From contig NC_045697.1 of assembly GCF_009834535.1 (NCBI RefSeq), positions 120,592,001 to 120,656,000 of the forward strand: a stretch of DNA of 64,000 bases. Direction: 5' to 3'. Below are positions 25,800 through 40,200 of this stretch, in pieces (the first letter of the stretch is position 1; each line of letters starts with the position of its first letter). This stretch comes from Camelus ferus. Its lineage: Eukaryota. The notes under the pieces were generated by a model, which saw nothing but the letters and a program-made list of their open reading frames with translations, did no database searches and was not told the origin of the DNA. Made by a program: the position numbers and the translations under genes.

Positions 25800-28700
25800 G
25801 GTGGATGAAAGTTCTGTAATCCACATGCACACAACTGAGTAATTAACGTTTGTCAAATCCGTGATGCATGTAGCATGTTCAGAAAACGGAAAGTCGCTTT
25901 GAGGGAAACTGCTTAAATTACAATTCCTCTGGATAGAACTCGCTTGAAGAGGTTTTTTCCTGAGAAAACTTCATGATTTTAAAACCTGAAGTTTAGGAAA
26001 AAGCTGTGAAAGCAGAGTAAATATTTCTAGGTGTAAATATGCCTTGTATGGTGGATTAAATTTCGGAAATCCACATGCTCTCTAATCAGTAATGAATGTT
26101 TTTATAAATCCATTATGCATATAGCGTGTTCTGAACAAGGAATGTCATGGTAAGTGAAACATTGTAAATTTCATGTCTGTCTGATAGAACACGCTCGAAG
26201 AGAATTTTTCTGTGAAAACTGCCTGTTTTTTGCAACTGGCATTCGGACAAATCTGCAAACACAGAGAAAAATTTCTAGGTGTAAATATGCCGTGTTTGTT
26301 GGATGAATGTTCGGTAATCAACACGTTCCCAACTCATTAATTAATGTTTGTCGAATCCGTGATCCATGTAACGTGTTCGGAACACAGACTATCACGGTAA
26401 TAGAAACCTTGCAATTTACACATGTATTAGGTAGAATTCACTCCAAAAGCATTTATCTGCGAAATCTGCCTCATTTTAAAACTGGCATTAGATAAACACT
26501 TCGAAATCTGAGAAAATGATTCTAAGTGTCAATATGAATTGTATGGTGGATGAAAGTTCAGTAATCCACATGCTAAAAAATTTCTGTAGTGAATACTTGT
26601 CGAAACTGTTATGCATGCAGCTTTCTCGGAACACAGAATTTGACGGTGAGCGAACCTATGTAAATTAAATGTCTATTGTGTAGAACTCTCTCCAAGAGCA
26701 TTTTTCGGTGAAAACTGCCTCATTTTCGAAACTGGCGTTAGGAAAAACTTTCAAAAAATTAGAAAATGCTTGTAAGCGCCATTATGCCTTGTATGGTGGA
26801 TAAAACTACGGTAATCCACATGCTAACAACTCTGTAGTTAATATTTCTGGAATCCGAGATGCATGTAGCCTGTTCAGAACACGGAATTTCACGGTGAGCG
26901 AATCTTTGTAAATTACAAGTCTCTTGGGTAGAACTGGCTCCAAGAGATTTTTGCTGCGAAATCTGCCGCATTTTCAAAACTGGCGTTTGGAAACCTCTGT
27001 GAAATCAGAGAAAATGCTTCTAAGTATCAATATGCCTTTTATTATGCTGAAAGTTCGGTAATCCACATGCAAACACATTTGTAGTGAATATATGTCGAAT
27101 CCGTTATGCATGTAGCGTGTTCGAAAGACGTAATTTCACAGCAATGGAATCTATGTAAATTACATGCCTAGTGGGTAGAAATCGCTCCAACAGTTTTTTC
27201 CTTAGAAAAATGCCTAATTTTCAAAACTGCTATTAGGAAATTGCTGCGAACTCAGAGTTAATGTTTCTAGGTGCAAATATGTCTTGTGTGGTAGATGAAA
27301 GTTTGTAATGCACATGCTTACACTCAATAAAGAATGTTGTAGAATCTGTGATGCATGTAATGTATTCAGAACACGGAATGTCATGGTAAGTGAAACTATG
27401 TAAATTACAAGTGTATTGGATAGAACTGACTCCAAGAGGATTTTTCTGTGAAAACTGTCTTATTTTCGAAACTGGCATTAAGAAATATCTGCAAATACTG
27501 AGTACATGCTTCTAGCTGTATATATACATTGTATGGTAGATGAAAGTACATTAATCCACATGCTAACAACTCAGCACTTAATATTTGTCGAACTGCTGGT
27601 GCATGTAGCATGTTCGGAGCACGGTATGTCACGGCGAGGAAGTCTATGTAAATTACATGTCTACTGTGTAGAACACTCTACAAGAGAATTATCCTGCAAA
27701 GTTGCCTTATATTCTAAACTGCAGTTAGGAAAAAGCTGCAAAATTCAGAATAATATATTCAAGGTGTATATATGCATTATATGGTGGATGAAAGTTCTGT
27801 AATTCACAGGCACACAACTGACTAATGAATGTTTGTCAAATCCGTGATGAATGCAGTGTGTTAGACCACGGAAAGTCACTTTGTGGAAACAATTGAAATT
27901 GCAATTCTAATGGGTAGAACTCACATGCAGAGATTTTTCTGGGAAAATCTTTATGATTTTCGAGACTGATGTTAGGAAAATCTGTGAAATCAGGGTAAAT
28001 ATTTCTAGGTGTATTTATGCCTTGTATGGTGGATGAAAGTTCTGTAATCCACATGCACACAACTGAGTAATGAATGTTTGTCAAATCCGTGATGCATGTA
28101 GCGTGTTCAGAAAATGGAAAGTCACATTGAGGGAAACTATTTAAATTAAATTCTACTGAGTAGAACTCGCATGAAGAGGTTTTTTCTGCGAAAACTTCAT
28201 GATTTTTGAAACTGAAGTTAGGAAAAAGCTGGGAAAGCAGAGTAAATATTTCTAGGTGTAAATATACCTTGTATGGTGGTGGAAAGTTCAGAAATCCACA
28301 TGCTCACAACTAAGTAATGAATGATTTCTAAATCCAATATGCATGTAGCGTGTTATGAACACGGAATGTCATGGTAAGTGAAACACTGTAAATTTCATGT
28401 CTATTGGATAGAACACGATCGAAGAGAATTTTTCTGTGAAAACTGCCTGTATTTCGCAAGTGGCATTAGGACAAATCTGCGAACACGAGAGAAAAATGTC
28501 TAGGTGTAAATATGCAGTGTTTGGTGGATGAAAGTTTGGTAATCCACATGTTCACAGCTCATTAAAAATGTTTGTCGAATCCGTGATGCCACGTATCATA
28601 GTTCAGGAACACAGAATATCACTGGTGATAGAAACTTTGTAAATTACATATGTATTGGGTAGAACTCGTTCCAAAAGTATTTTTCTGTGAAATCTGCCTC

Positions 28701-30309
28701 ATTTTCAAAACTGGCATAAGGAAAAGAGTTGAAATCTGAGAAAATGTTTCTAAGTGCAATATGAATTTAATGGTTGATGAAAACTCAGTAATCCACATGC
28801 TAAGAAGTGTGTTGTGAATTTTTGCCGATTCTGTGATGCATACAAATTTCTCAGAACACGGAATTTCACGGTGAGCAAATCTTTGTAAATTACATGTCTC
28901 TTGGGTAGAACTTGCTCCAAGAGCTTTTTGCTCCGAAATCTGCCGCATTTTCTAAACTGGAGTTTGGAAAACTCTGTGAAATCAGAGAAAATGCTTCTAA
29001 GTATCAATATGCCTTTTATTATGCTGAAAGTTCGGTAATCCTCATGCAAACACATTTGTAGTGAATATGTGTCAAATTCGTTATGCATGTAGTGTGTTCG
29101 AAAGACGTAATTTCACAGTAATGGAATCTATGTAAATTACATGTCTAGTGGGTAGAAATCGCTCCAAATTTTTTTTTAGAAAATGCCTAATTTTCAAAAC
29201 TGGGTGAACGAGTAAAATTCTAGTGAATATTTATCTTGAAAGTTGTATGATGGAAAGAAGAATTTTTAAGTATCATACACGATTCACCAACTGTAAATTC
29301 ATGTTATGGTAAATGAAAGCATTTCTGTAATGCTGATTTAAACTGACGTAAGTGAGAATTGTCGAATCTTGTTCAGTAGCCGTGTATGAAGTCACTGAAT
29401 CAATCGTCACGACTCAAGTAGGTTAAAGCATTTTGGAACATGAATGTCACTTGAGTGAACTTCTAAATAACATGTTCTTGTGAAATTCTGGCCTCATTTT
29501 CCAAACTGGCATTAGGAAAAAATTCGAATTTTGAGAAAATGCTTCTAAGCGTCAATATGAGTTGTATGGTAATGAAAGTTAAGAAATAAACATGCTAACA
29601 AATCTGTAGTGAATAATTTTCGAAACCGTGATGCATGCAGTTTTTTCAGAACACAGAATTTGACGATGAGCGAATCTATGTAAATTACATGTCTATTGGG
29701 TGGAACAAGTTCCAAGAGTATATTTCTTTGAATATTGCCTGATTTCAGAAACTGACTTTAGGAAATAACTGCATATACTTTGTACATGTTTCTAGGTGTA
29801 TATATACATTTTATGGTAGATGAAAGTTCAGTAATCCACATGCTAACAACTCAGCAGTGAATATTTATCGAACCTGCAGTGCAAGTAGCAAGTTTGAAGC
29901 ACGGAATTTCATGGCGAGGGACCCTATTTAAATTATATGTCCAATGTGTAGAATAAGCTACAAGAAATTTATCCTGCTATAGTTGCTAGATTTTCTAAAC
30001 TGCCATTAGGAAAAAGCTGCGAACTCAGAATAATGTTTTCTAGGTTTATATATGCCTTATATGTTGGATGAAAATTCTGTAATCTACATGCACACAACTG
30101 AGTAACGAATGTTTGTCAAATCCGTGATGAATTTAGCATGTTCGGACCATGGAAAGTCACTTTGTGGGAAACTATTGAAATTAATATTCTACTGGGTCGA
30201 ACTCGCTTGCAGAGATTACTTCTGAAAATACATCATGATTTTCAAAAGAGATGGTAGGAAAAGTAGTGAAATCAGAGTAAATATTTCTAGGAGTATATAT
30301 GTCTTATAC
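25800..30309 (+). repeat. Irregular HOR: A-L, then atypical monomers and a scrambled patch, then M tail-N-O-P
   Basis: 4510 bp, not an integer multiple of 247. Atypical sequence at 28570-29490. Confidence 0.8.
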
Positions 30310-33300
30310 GGTGGATGAAAGTACTGTAATCCACAGGCACACAACTGAGTAATTAACGTTTGTCAAAACCGTGATGCATGTAGAATGTTCAGAAAACGGA
30401 AAGTCGCTTTGAGGGAAACTGCTTAAATTACAATTCCTCTGGATAGAACTCGCTTGAAGAGGTTTTTTCCTGAGAAAACTTCATGATTTTAAAACCTGAA
30501 GTTAGGAAAAAGCTGTGAAAGCAGAGTAAATATTTCTAGGTGTAAATATGCCTTGTATGGTGGATTAAATTTCGGAAATCCACATGCTCTCTAATCAGTA
30601 ATGAATGTTTTATAAATCCATTATGCATATAGCGTGTTCTGAACAAGGAATGTCATGGTAATTGAAACATTGTAAATTTCATGTCTGTCTGATAGAACAC
30701 GCTCGAAGAGAATTTTTCTGTGAAAACTGCCTGTTTTTTGCAACTGGCATTCGGACAAATCTGCAAACACAGAGAAAAATTTCTAGGTGTAAATATGCCG
30801 TGTTTGTTGGATGAATGTTCGGTAATCAACACGTTCCCAACTCATTAATCAATGTTTGTCGAATCCGTGATCCATGTAATGTGTTCGGAACACAGACTAT
30901 CACGGTAATAGAAACCTTGCAAATTACACATGTATTAGGTAGAACTCGCTCCAAAAACATTTATCTGCGAAATCTGCCTCATTTTCAAAACTGGCATTAG
31001 AAAAACACTTCGAAATCTGAGAAAATGATTCTAAGTGTCAATATGAATTGTATGGTGGATGAAAGTTCAGTAATCCACATGCTAAAAAATTCTGTAGAGA
31101 ATATATGTCGAAACTGTTATGCATGCAGCTTTCTCGGAACACAGAATTTGACGGTGAGCGAACCTATGTAAATTAAATGTCTATTGTGTAGAACTCTCTC
31201 CAAGAGCATTTTTCCGTGAAAACTGCCTCATTTTCGAAACTGGCGTTAGGAAAAACTTTCAAAAAATTAGAAAATGCTTGTAAGCGCCATTATGCCTTGT
31301 ATGGTGGATAAAACTACCGTAATCCATATGCTAACAACTCTGTAGTTAATATTTGTGGAATCCGAGATGCATGTAGCGTGTTCAGAACACAGAATTTCAC
31401 GGTGAGCAAATCTTTGTAAATTACAAGTCTCTTGGGTAGAACTCGCTCCAAGAGTTTTTGCTGCGAAATCTGCCGCAATTTCAACCCTGGCATTTGGAAA
31501 CCTCTGTGAAATCAGTGAAAATGCTTCTAAGTATCAATATGCCTTTTATTATGCTGAAAGTTCGGTAATCCACATGCAAACACATTTGTAGTGAATATGT
31601 GTCGAATCGGTTATGCATGTTGCGTGTTCGTAAGACGTAATTTCACAGCAATGGAATCTATGTAAGTTAAATGCCTAGTGGGTAGAAATCTCTCCAACAG
31701 TTTTTTCCTTAGAAAAATGCCTAATTTTCAAAACTGCTATTAGGAAATTGCTGCGAACTTAGAGTTAATGTTTCTAGGTGCAAATATGACTGGTGTGGTA
31801 GATGAAAGTTTGTAATGCACATGCTTACACTCAATAAAGAATGTTGTAGAATCTGTGATGCATGTAATTTATTCAGAACACGGAATGTCATGGTAAGTGA
31901 AACTATGTAAATTACAAGTGTATTGGATAGAACTCACTCCAAGAGGATTTTTCTGTGAAAACTGTCTTATTTTCGAAACTGGCATTAAGAAATATCTGCA
32001 AATACTGAGTACATGCTTCTAGCTGTATATATACATTGTATGGTAGATGAAAGTACATTAATCCACATGCTAACAACTCAGCACTTAATATTTTTTGAAC
32101 TGCTGTGCATGTAGAATGTTCGTAATACTGTATGTCACGGCGAGGAGATCTACATAAATTACATGTCTACTGTTTAGAACACTCTACAAGAGAATTATCC
32201 TGCAAAGATGCCTTATATTCTAAACTGCAGTTAGGAAAAAGCTTCAAAATTAGAATAATATATTCAAGGTGTATATATGCATTATATGGAGGATGAAAGT
32301 TCTGTAATTCACAGGCACACAACTGACTAATGAATGTTTGTCAAATCCGTGATGAATGCAGTGTGTTCGGACCACGGAAAGTCACTTTGTGGGAAACAAT
32401 TGAAATTGCAATTCTAATGGGTAGAACCCATATGCAGAGATTTTTTCTGGGAAAACTTTATGATTTTCGAGACTGATGTTAGGAAAAATCTGTGAAATCA
32501 GGGTAAATATTTCTAGGTGTATTTATGCCTTGTATGGTGGATGAAAGTTCTGTAATCCACATGCACACAACTGAGTAATGAATGTTTGTCAAATCCGTGA
32601 TGCATGTAGCGTGTTCAGAAAATGGAAAGTCACTTTCAGGGAAACTATTTAAATTATAATTCTACTGAGTAGAACTCGCATGAAGAGTTTTTTCTGTGAA
32701 AACTTCATGATTTTTGAAACTGAATTTCTGAAAATGCTGGGAAAGCAGAGTAAATATTTCTAGGTGTAAATATACCTTGTATGGTGGTGGAAAGTTCAGA
32801 AATCCACATGCTCACAACTCAGTTATGAGTAATTTCTAAATCCAATATGCATGTAGCGTGTTATGAACACGGAATGTCATGGTAAGTGAAACATTGTAAA
32901 TTTCATGTCTATTGGATAGAACACGATCGAAGAGAATTTTTCTGTGAAAACTGCCTGTATTTCGCAAGTGGCATTAGGACAAATCTGCGAACACAGAGAA
33001 AAATGTCTAGGTGTAAATATGCAGTGTTTGGTGGATGAAATTTGGTATTCCACATGTTCACAGCTCATTAAAAATGTTTGTCCAATCCGTGATCCATGTA
33101 GCGTGTTTGGAACACAGAATATCACGGTGATAGAAACTTTGTAAATTACATGTGTATTGGGTAGAACTCGTTCCAAAGCATTATTCTGTGAAATCTGCCT
33201 CATTTTCAAATCTGACATTAGGAAAACACTTCAAAATCTGAGAAAATGCTTCTTAGTGTCAATATGACTTGTATGGTGGATGAAAGTTTGTTAATAAACA

Positions 33301-34262
33301 CGTTCACCACTCAATAAAGAATGTTTGTCGAATCAGTGTTGCATGTAGCGTGCTCGGAACATGCAATGTCACGGTGAGTGAAAGCATTTAAATTACTTGT
33401 CCACTTGGTAGAACTTGCTACAAAAGCATTTCTCTGTGAAATCTGCCTCATTTTGAAAACTGGCATTAGGAAAAATTCGAATTTTGAGAAAATGCTTCTA
33501 ACTGCCAATATGACTTGTATGGTGATGAAAGTTCAGAAATACACATGCTAACAAATCTGTAGTGAATATTTTTCAAAACCGTGATGCATGCAGTTTTTTC
33601 ATAACACAGAATTTGAGGATGAGCGAATCTATGTAAATTACATGTCTATTGGGTGGGACAAGTTCCAAGAGTATATTTCTTTGAAAACTGCCTGATTTCA
33701 GAAACTGACGTTAGGAAAAGTCTGCATATACTTTGTACATGTTTCTAGCTGTATATATACATATTATGGTAGATGAAAGTTCAGTAATCCACATGCTAAC
33801 AACTCAGCAGTGAATATTTATCGAACCTGCGGTGCAAGTAGCAAGTTTGAAGCACGGAATTTCACGGCGAGGGACCCTATTTAAATTATATGTCCAATGT
33901 GTAGAATAAGCTACAAGAAATTTATCCTGCTATAGTTGCTAGATTTTCTAAACTGCCATTAGGAAAAAGCTGCGAACTCAGAATAATGTTTTCTAGGTTT
34001 ATATATGCCTTATATGTTGGATGAAAATTCTGTAATCTACATGCACACAACTGAGTAACGAATGTTTGTCAAATCCGTGATGAATTTAGCATGTTCGGAC
34101 CATGGAAAGTCACTTTGTGGGAAACTATTGAAATTAATATTCTACTGGGTCGAACTCGCTTGCAGAGATTACTTCTGAAAATACATCATGATTTTCAAAA
34201 GAGATGGTAGGAAAAGTAGTGAAATCAGAGTAAATATTTCTAGGAGTATATATGTCTTATAC
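30310..34262 (+). repeat. Complete 16-mer HOR, variant gamma
   Basis: 3953 bp. Diagnostic words GGGACCCTATTTAAA, TAGGAGTATAT, CTTCTTAGTG and TTTGAGGATGAG are shared with 823-3544. Confidence 0.88.
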
Positions 34263-37200
34263 GGTGGATGAAAGTACTGTAATCCACAGGCACACAACTG
34301 AGTAATTAACGTTTGTCAAAACCGTGATGCATGTAGAATGTTCAGAAAACGGAAAGTCGCTTTGAGGGAAACTGCTTAAATTACAATTCCTCTGGATAGA
34401 ACTCGCTTGAAGAGGTTTTTTCCTGAGAAAACTTCATGATTTTAAAACCTGAAGTTAGGAAAAAGCTGTGAAAGCAGAGTAAATATTTCTAGGTGTAAAT
34501 ATGCCTTGTATGGTGGATTAAATTTCGGAAATCCACATGCTCTCTAATCAGTAATGAATGTTTTATAAATCCATTATGCATATAGCGTGTTCTGAACAAG
34601 GAATGTCATGGTAGGTGAAACATTGTAAATTTCATGTCTGTCTGATAGAACACGCTCGAAGAGAATTTTTCTGTGAAAACTGCCTGTTTTTGCAACTGGC
34701 ATTCGGACAAATCTGCAAACACAGAGAAAAATTTCTAGGTGTAAATATGCCGTGTTTGTTGGATGAATGTTCGGTAATCAACACGTTCCCAACTCATTAA
34801 TCAATGTTTGTCGAATCCGTGATCCATGTAATGTGTTCGGAACACAGACTATCACGGTAATAGAAACCTTGCAAATTACACATGTATTAGGTAGAACTCG
34901 CTCCAAAAGCATTTATCTGCGAAATCTGCCTCATTTTCAAAACTGGCATTAGAAAAACACTTCGAAATCTGAGAAAATGATTCTAAGTGTCAATATGAAT
35001 TGTATGGTGGATGAAAGTTCAGTAATCCACATGCTAAAAAATTCTGTAGAGAATATATGTCGAAACTGTTATGCATGCAGCTTTCTCGGAACACAGAATT
35101 TGACGGTGAGCGAACCTATGTAAATTAAATGTCTATTGTGTAGAACTCTCTCCAAGAGCATTTATCGGTGAATACTGCCTCATTTTCGAAACTGGCATTA
35201 GGAAAAAATTTCAAAAAATTAGAAAATGCTTGTAAGCACCATTATGCCTTGTATGGTGGATAAAACTACGGTAATCAACATGCTAACAACTCTGTAGTTA
35301 ATATTTGTGGAATCCGATATGCATGTAGCCTGTTCAGAACACGGAATTTCACGGTGAGCACATCTTTGTAAATTACAAGTCTCTTGGGTAGAACTCGCTC
35401 CAAGAAATTTTTGCTGCGAAATCTGCCGTATTTCAAACCTGGCAGTTTGGAAACCTCTGTGAAATCAGAGAAAATGCTTCTAAGTATCAATATGCCTTTT
35501 ATTATGCTGAAAGTTCGGTAATCCACATGCAAACACATTTGTAGTGAATATATGTCGAATCCGTTATGCATGTAGCGTGTTCGTAAAGACGTAATTTCAC
35601 AGCAATGGAATCTATGTAAGTTACATGCCTAGTGGGTAGAAATCGCTCCAACAGTTTTTTCCTTAGAAAAATGCCTAATTTTCAAAACTGCTATTAGGAA
35701 ATTGCTGCGAACTAGAGTTAATGTTTCTAGGTGCAAATATGTCTTGTGTGGTAGATGAAAGTTTGTAATGCACATGCTTACACTCAATAAAGAATGTTGT
35801 AGAATCTGTGATGCATGTAATGTTATTCAGTAACACGGAATGTCATGGTAAGTGAAACTATGTAAATTACAAGTCTATTGGATAGAACTCACTCCAATAG
35901 GATTTTTCTGTGAAAACTGTCTTATTTTCGAAACTGGCTTTAAGAATATCTGCAAATACTGAGTACATGTTTCTAGCTGTATATATACATTGTATGGTAG
36001 TTGAAAGTACATTAATCCACATGCTAACAAATCAGCACTTACAATTTTCGAACTGCGGTGCATGTAGCATGTTCGTAGTACGGTAAGGCGAGGAGATCTA
36101 TGTAAATTACATGTCTCCTGTGTAGAACACTCTACAAGAGAATTATCCTGCAATGTTGCCTTATATACTAAACGTGTAGTTAGGAAAAAGCTGCAAAATA
36201 AGAATAATATATTCAAGGTGTATATATGCATTATATGGTGGAAGAAAGTTCTGTAATTCACAGGCACACAACTGACTAATGAATGTTTGTCAAATCCGTG
36301 GTGAATGCAGTGTGTTCTGACCACGGAAAGTCACTTTGTTGGAAACAATTGAAATTGCAATTCTAATGGGTAGAACTCACATGCAGAGATTTTTTCTGGG
36401 AAATCTTTATGATTTTCGAGACTGACGTTAGGAAAATTCTGTGAAATCATGGTAAATATTTCTAGGTGTATTTATGCCTTGTATGGTGGATGAAAGTTCT
36501 GTAATCCACATACACACAACTGAGTAATGAATGTTTGTCAAATCCGTGATGCATGTAGCGTGTTTAGAAAATGGAAAGTCACATTGAGGGAAACTAATTT
36601 AAATTACAATTCTACTGGGTAGAACTCGCATGAAGAGGTTTTTTCTGCGAAAACTTCATGATTTTTGAAACTGAAGTTAGGAAAAAGCTTGGAAAGCAGA
36701 GTAAATATTTCTAGGTGTTAATATACCTTGTATGGTGGTGGAAAGTTCAGAATTCCACATGCTCACAACTCAGTAATGAATGATTTCTAAATCCAATATG
36801 CATGTAGCGTGTTATGAACACGGAATGTCATGGTAAGTGAAACATTGTAAATTTCATGTCTATTGGATAGAACACGATCGAAGAGAATTTTTCTGTGAAA
36901 ACTGCCTGTATTTCGCAAGTGGCATTACGACAAATCTGCGAAAACAGAGAAAAATGTCTAGGTGTAAATATGCAGTGTTTGGTGGATGAAAGTTTGGTAT
37001 TACACATGTTCACAGCTCATTAAAAAATGTTTGTCCAATCCGTGATCCATGTAGCGTGTTGGGAACACAGAATATCACGGTGATAGAAACTTTGTAAATT
37101 ACATCTGTATTCGGTAGAACTCGTTCCAAAAGCATTATTATGTGAAATCTGCCTCATTTTCAAATCTGATATTAGGAAAACACGTCAAAATCTGAGAAAA

Positions 37201-40200
37201 TGCTTCTAACTGTCAATATGACTTGTAAGGTGGATGAAAGTTTGGTAATAAACACGTTCACAACTCAATAAATAATGTTTGTCGAATCAGTGATGCATGT
37301 AGCGTGTTCGGAACATGCAATGTCACGGTGAGTGAAAGCATTTAAATTACATGTCCACTTGGTAGAACTTGCTGCAAAAGCATTTTTCTGTGAAATCTGC
37401 CTCATTTTCCAAACTGGCATTAGGAAAAAATTCGAATTTTGAGAAAATGCTTCTAAGTGCCAATATGACTTGTATGGTGATGAAAGTTCAGAAATACACA
37501 TGCTAACAAATCTGTAGTGAATATTTTTTAAAACCGTGATGCATGCAGTTTTTTCAGAACACAGAATTTGACGATGAGCAAATCTATGTAAATTACATGT
37601 CTATTGGTTTGGGACAAGTTCCAAGAGTATATTTCCTTTGAAAACTAGCCTGATTTCAGAGAAACTGACAGTTCGGAAAAGTCTGCATATACTTTTTACA
37701 ATGTTGCTAGCTGTACTATCTACATATTTATGGTCGATGAAAGTTTCAGTAATCCACATGCTAACCAACTCACGCAGTGAATATTTATCGAAACCTGGGG
37801 TGCAGTAAGTAGCAAGTTTGGAAGCACGGAATTTCCACGGCGAGGGACCTCTATGTAAATTATATGTCCAAGTGTTAGAGACATGCTACAAGAAATTTAT
37901 CCTGGTATAGTTTGCCATGATATTCTAAACGCCAATTAAGAAAAGCTGGAACTCAGAATAATGTTTTCTAGGTTTATATATGCCTTATATGGTGGATGAA
38001 ATTCGTAATCTACATGCACACAAACTGAGTACGATGTTTGTCAAATGTTTGTTCATGAAAGTCACTGGGATGAAATTAAATTTTCGAACCGCTTGCAGTA
38101 GATACTTCTGCAAAAACATTGATTTCAAAACAGACGGAGAAAATAGGAAATCAGCGTAATATTTCTGTGGTGAATATGAATTTGTAACCACATACGAAAT
38201 TAATCTAGTTCCTATGGATAGAACTCGCTTGAAGAGGTTTTATTCCTGAGAAAACTTCATGATTTTAAACCTGAAGTTAGGAAATAGCTGTGAAAGTAGA
38301 GTAAATATTTCTAGGTGTAAATATGCCTTGTATGGTGGATTAAATTTCGGAAATCCACATGCTCTCTAATCCTGTAATGAATGTTTCATAAATCCATTAT
38401 GACATATAGCGTGTTCTGAACAAGGAATGTCATGGTAAGTGAAACATTGTAAATTCATGTCTGTCTGATAGAACACGCTCGAAGAGAATTTTTCTGTGAA
38501 AACTGCCTGTTTTTTGCAACTGGCATTCGGACAAATCTGCAAACACAGAGAAAAATTTCTAGGTGTAAATATGCCGTGTTTGTTGGATGAATGTTCGGTA
38601 ATCAACACGTTCCCAACTTCATTAATTAATGTTTGTCGAATCCGTGATCCATGTAATGTGTTCGGAACACAGACTATCACGGTAATAGAAACCTTGCAAA
38701 TTACACATGTATTAGGTAGAACTTCACTCCAAAAGCATTTATCTGCGAAATCTGCCTCATTTTCAAAACTGGCATTAGATAAAACACTTCGAAATCTGAG
38801 AAAATGATTCTAAGTGTCAATATGAATTGTATGGTGGATGAAAGTTCAGTAATCCACATGCTAAAAAATTCTGTAGTGAATACTTGTCGAAACTGTTATG
38901 CATGCAGCTTTCTCGGAACACAGAATTTGACGGTGAACGAACCTATGTAAATTAAATGTCTATTGTGTAGAACTCTCTCCAAGAGCATTTTTCGGTGAAA
39001 ACTTCCTCATTTTCGAAACTGGCGTTAGGAAAACTTTCAAAAAATGAGAAAATGCTTGTAAGCGGCCATTATGCCTTGTATGGTGGATAAAACTACGCTA
39101 ATCCACATGCTAACAACTCTGTAGTTAATATTTCTGGAATCCGAGATGCAATGTAGCCTGTTCAGAACACGGAATTTCACGGTGAGCAAATCTTAGTAAA
39201 TTACAAGTCTCTTGGGTAGAACACACTCCAAGAGCTTTTTGCTGTGAAATCTGCCGCATTTTCTAAACTGGCGTTTGGAAACCTCTGTGAAATCAGAGAA
39301 AATGCTTCTAAGTATCAATATGCCTTTTATTATGCTGAAAGTTCAGTAATCCACATGCAAACAAATTTGTAGTGAATATATGTCGAATCCGTTATCCATG
39401 TTGCGTGTTCGAAAGACGTAATTCACAGCAATGGAATCTATGCAAATTACATGCCTAGTGGGTAGAAATCGGTCCAACAGTTTTTTCCTTAGAAAAATGC
39501 ATAATTTTAAAACTGCTATTAGGAAATTGCTGCGAACTCAGAGTTAATGTTTCTAGGTGCAAACATGTCTTGTGTGGTAGATGAAAGTTTGTAAAGCACA
39601 TGCTTACACTCAATAAAGAATGTTGTAGAATCTGTGATGCATGTAATGTATTCAGAACACGGAATGTCATGGTAAGTGAAACTCTGTAAATTACAAGTGT
39701 ATTGGATAGAACTCACTCCAAGAGGATTTTCCTGTGAAAACTGTCTTATTTTTGAAACTGGCATTAAGGAATATCTGCAAATACTGAGCTACATGATTCT
39801 AGCTGTATATATACATTGTATGGTAGATGAAAGTACATTAATCCACATGCTAACAACTCAGCACTTAATATTTGTCGAACTGCGGTGCATGTAGCATGTT
39901 CGGAGTACGGTATGTCACGGCGAGGAGATCTATGTAAATTACATGTCTACTGTGTAGAACACTCTACAAGAGAATTATCCTGCAAAATTCCCTGATATTC
40001 TAAACTGCAGATAGGAAAAAGCTGCAAAATCAGAATAATATTTTCAAGGTGTATATATGCATTATATGTTGGATGAAAGTTCTGTAATTCACAGGCACAC
40101 AACTGACTAATGAATGTTTGTCAAATCCGTGATGAATGCAGTGTGTTCGGACCACGGAAAGTCACTTTGTGGGAAACAATTGAAATTGCAATTCTAATGG

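Noticed and set aside
29203..29490. Transposable-element insertion
   Set aside because: No terminal inverted repeats, LTR ends, poly-A tail or target-site duplication; composed partly of satellite fragments.
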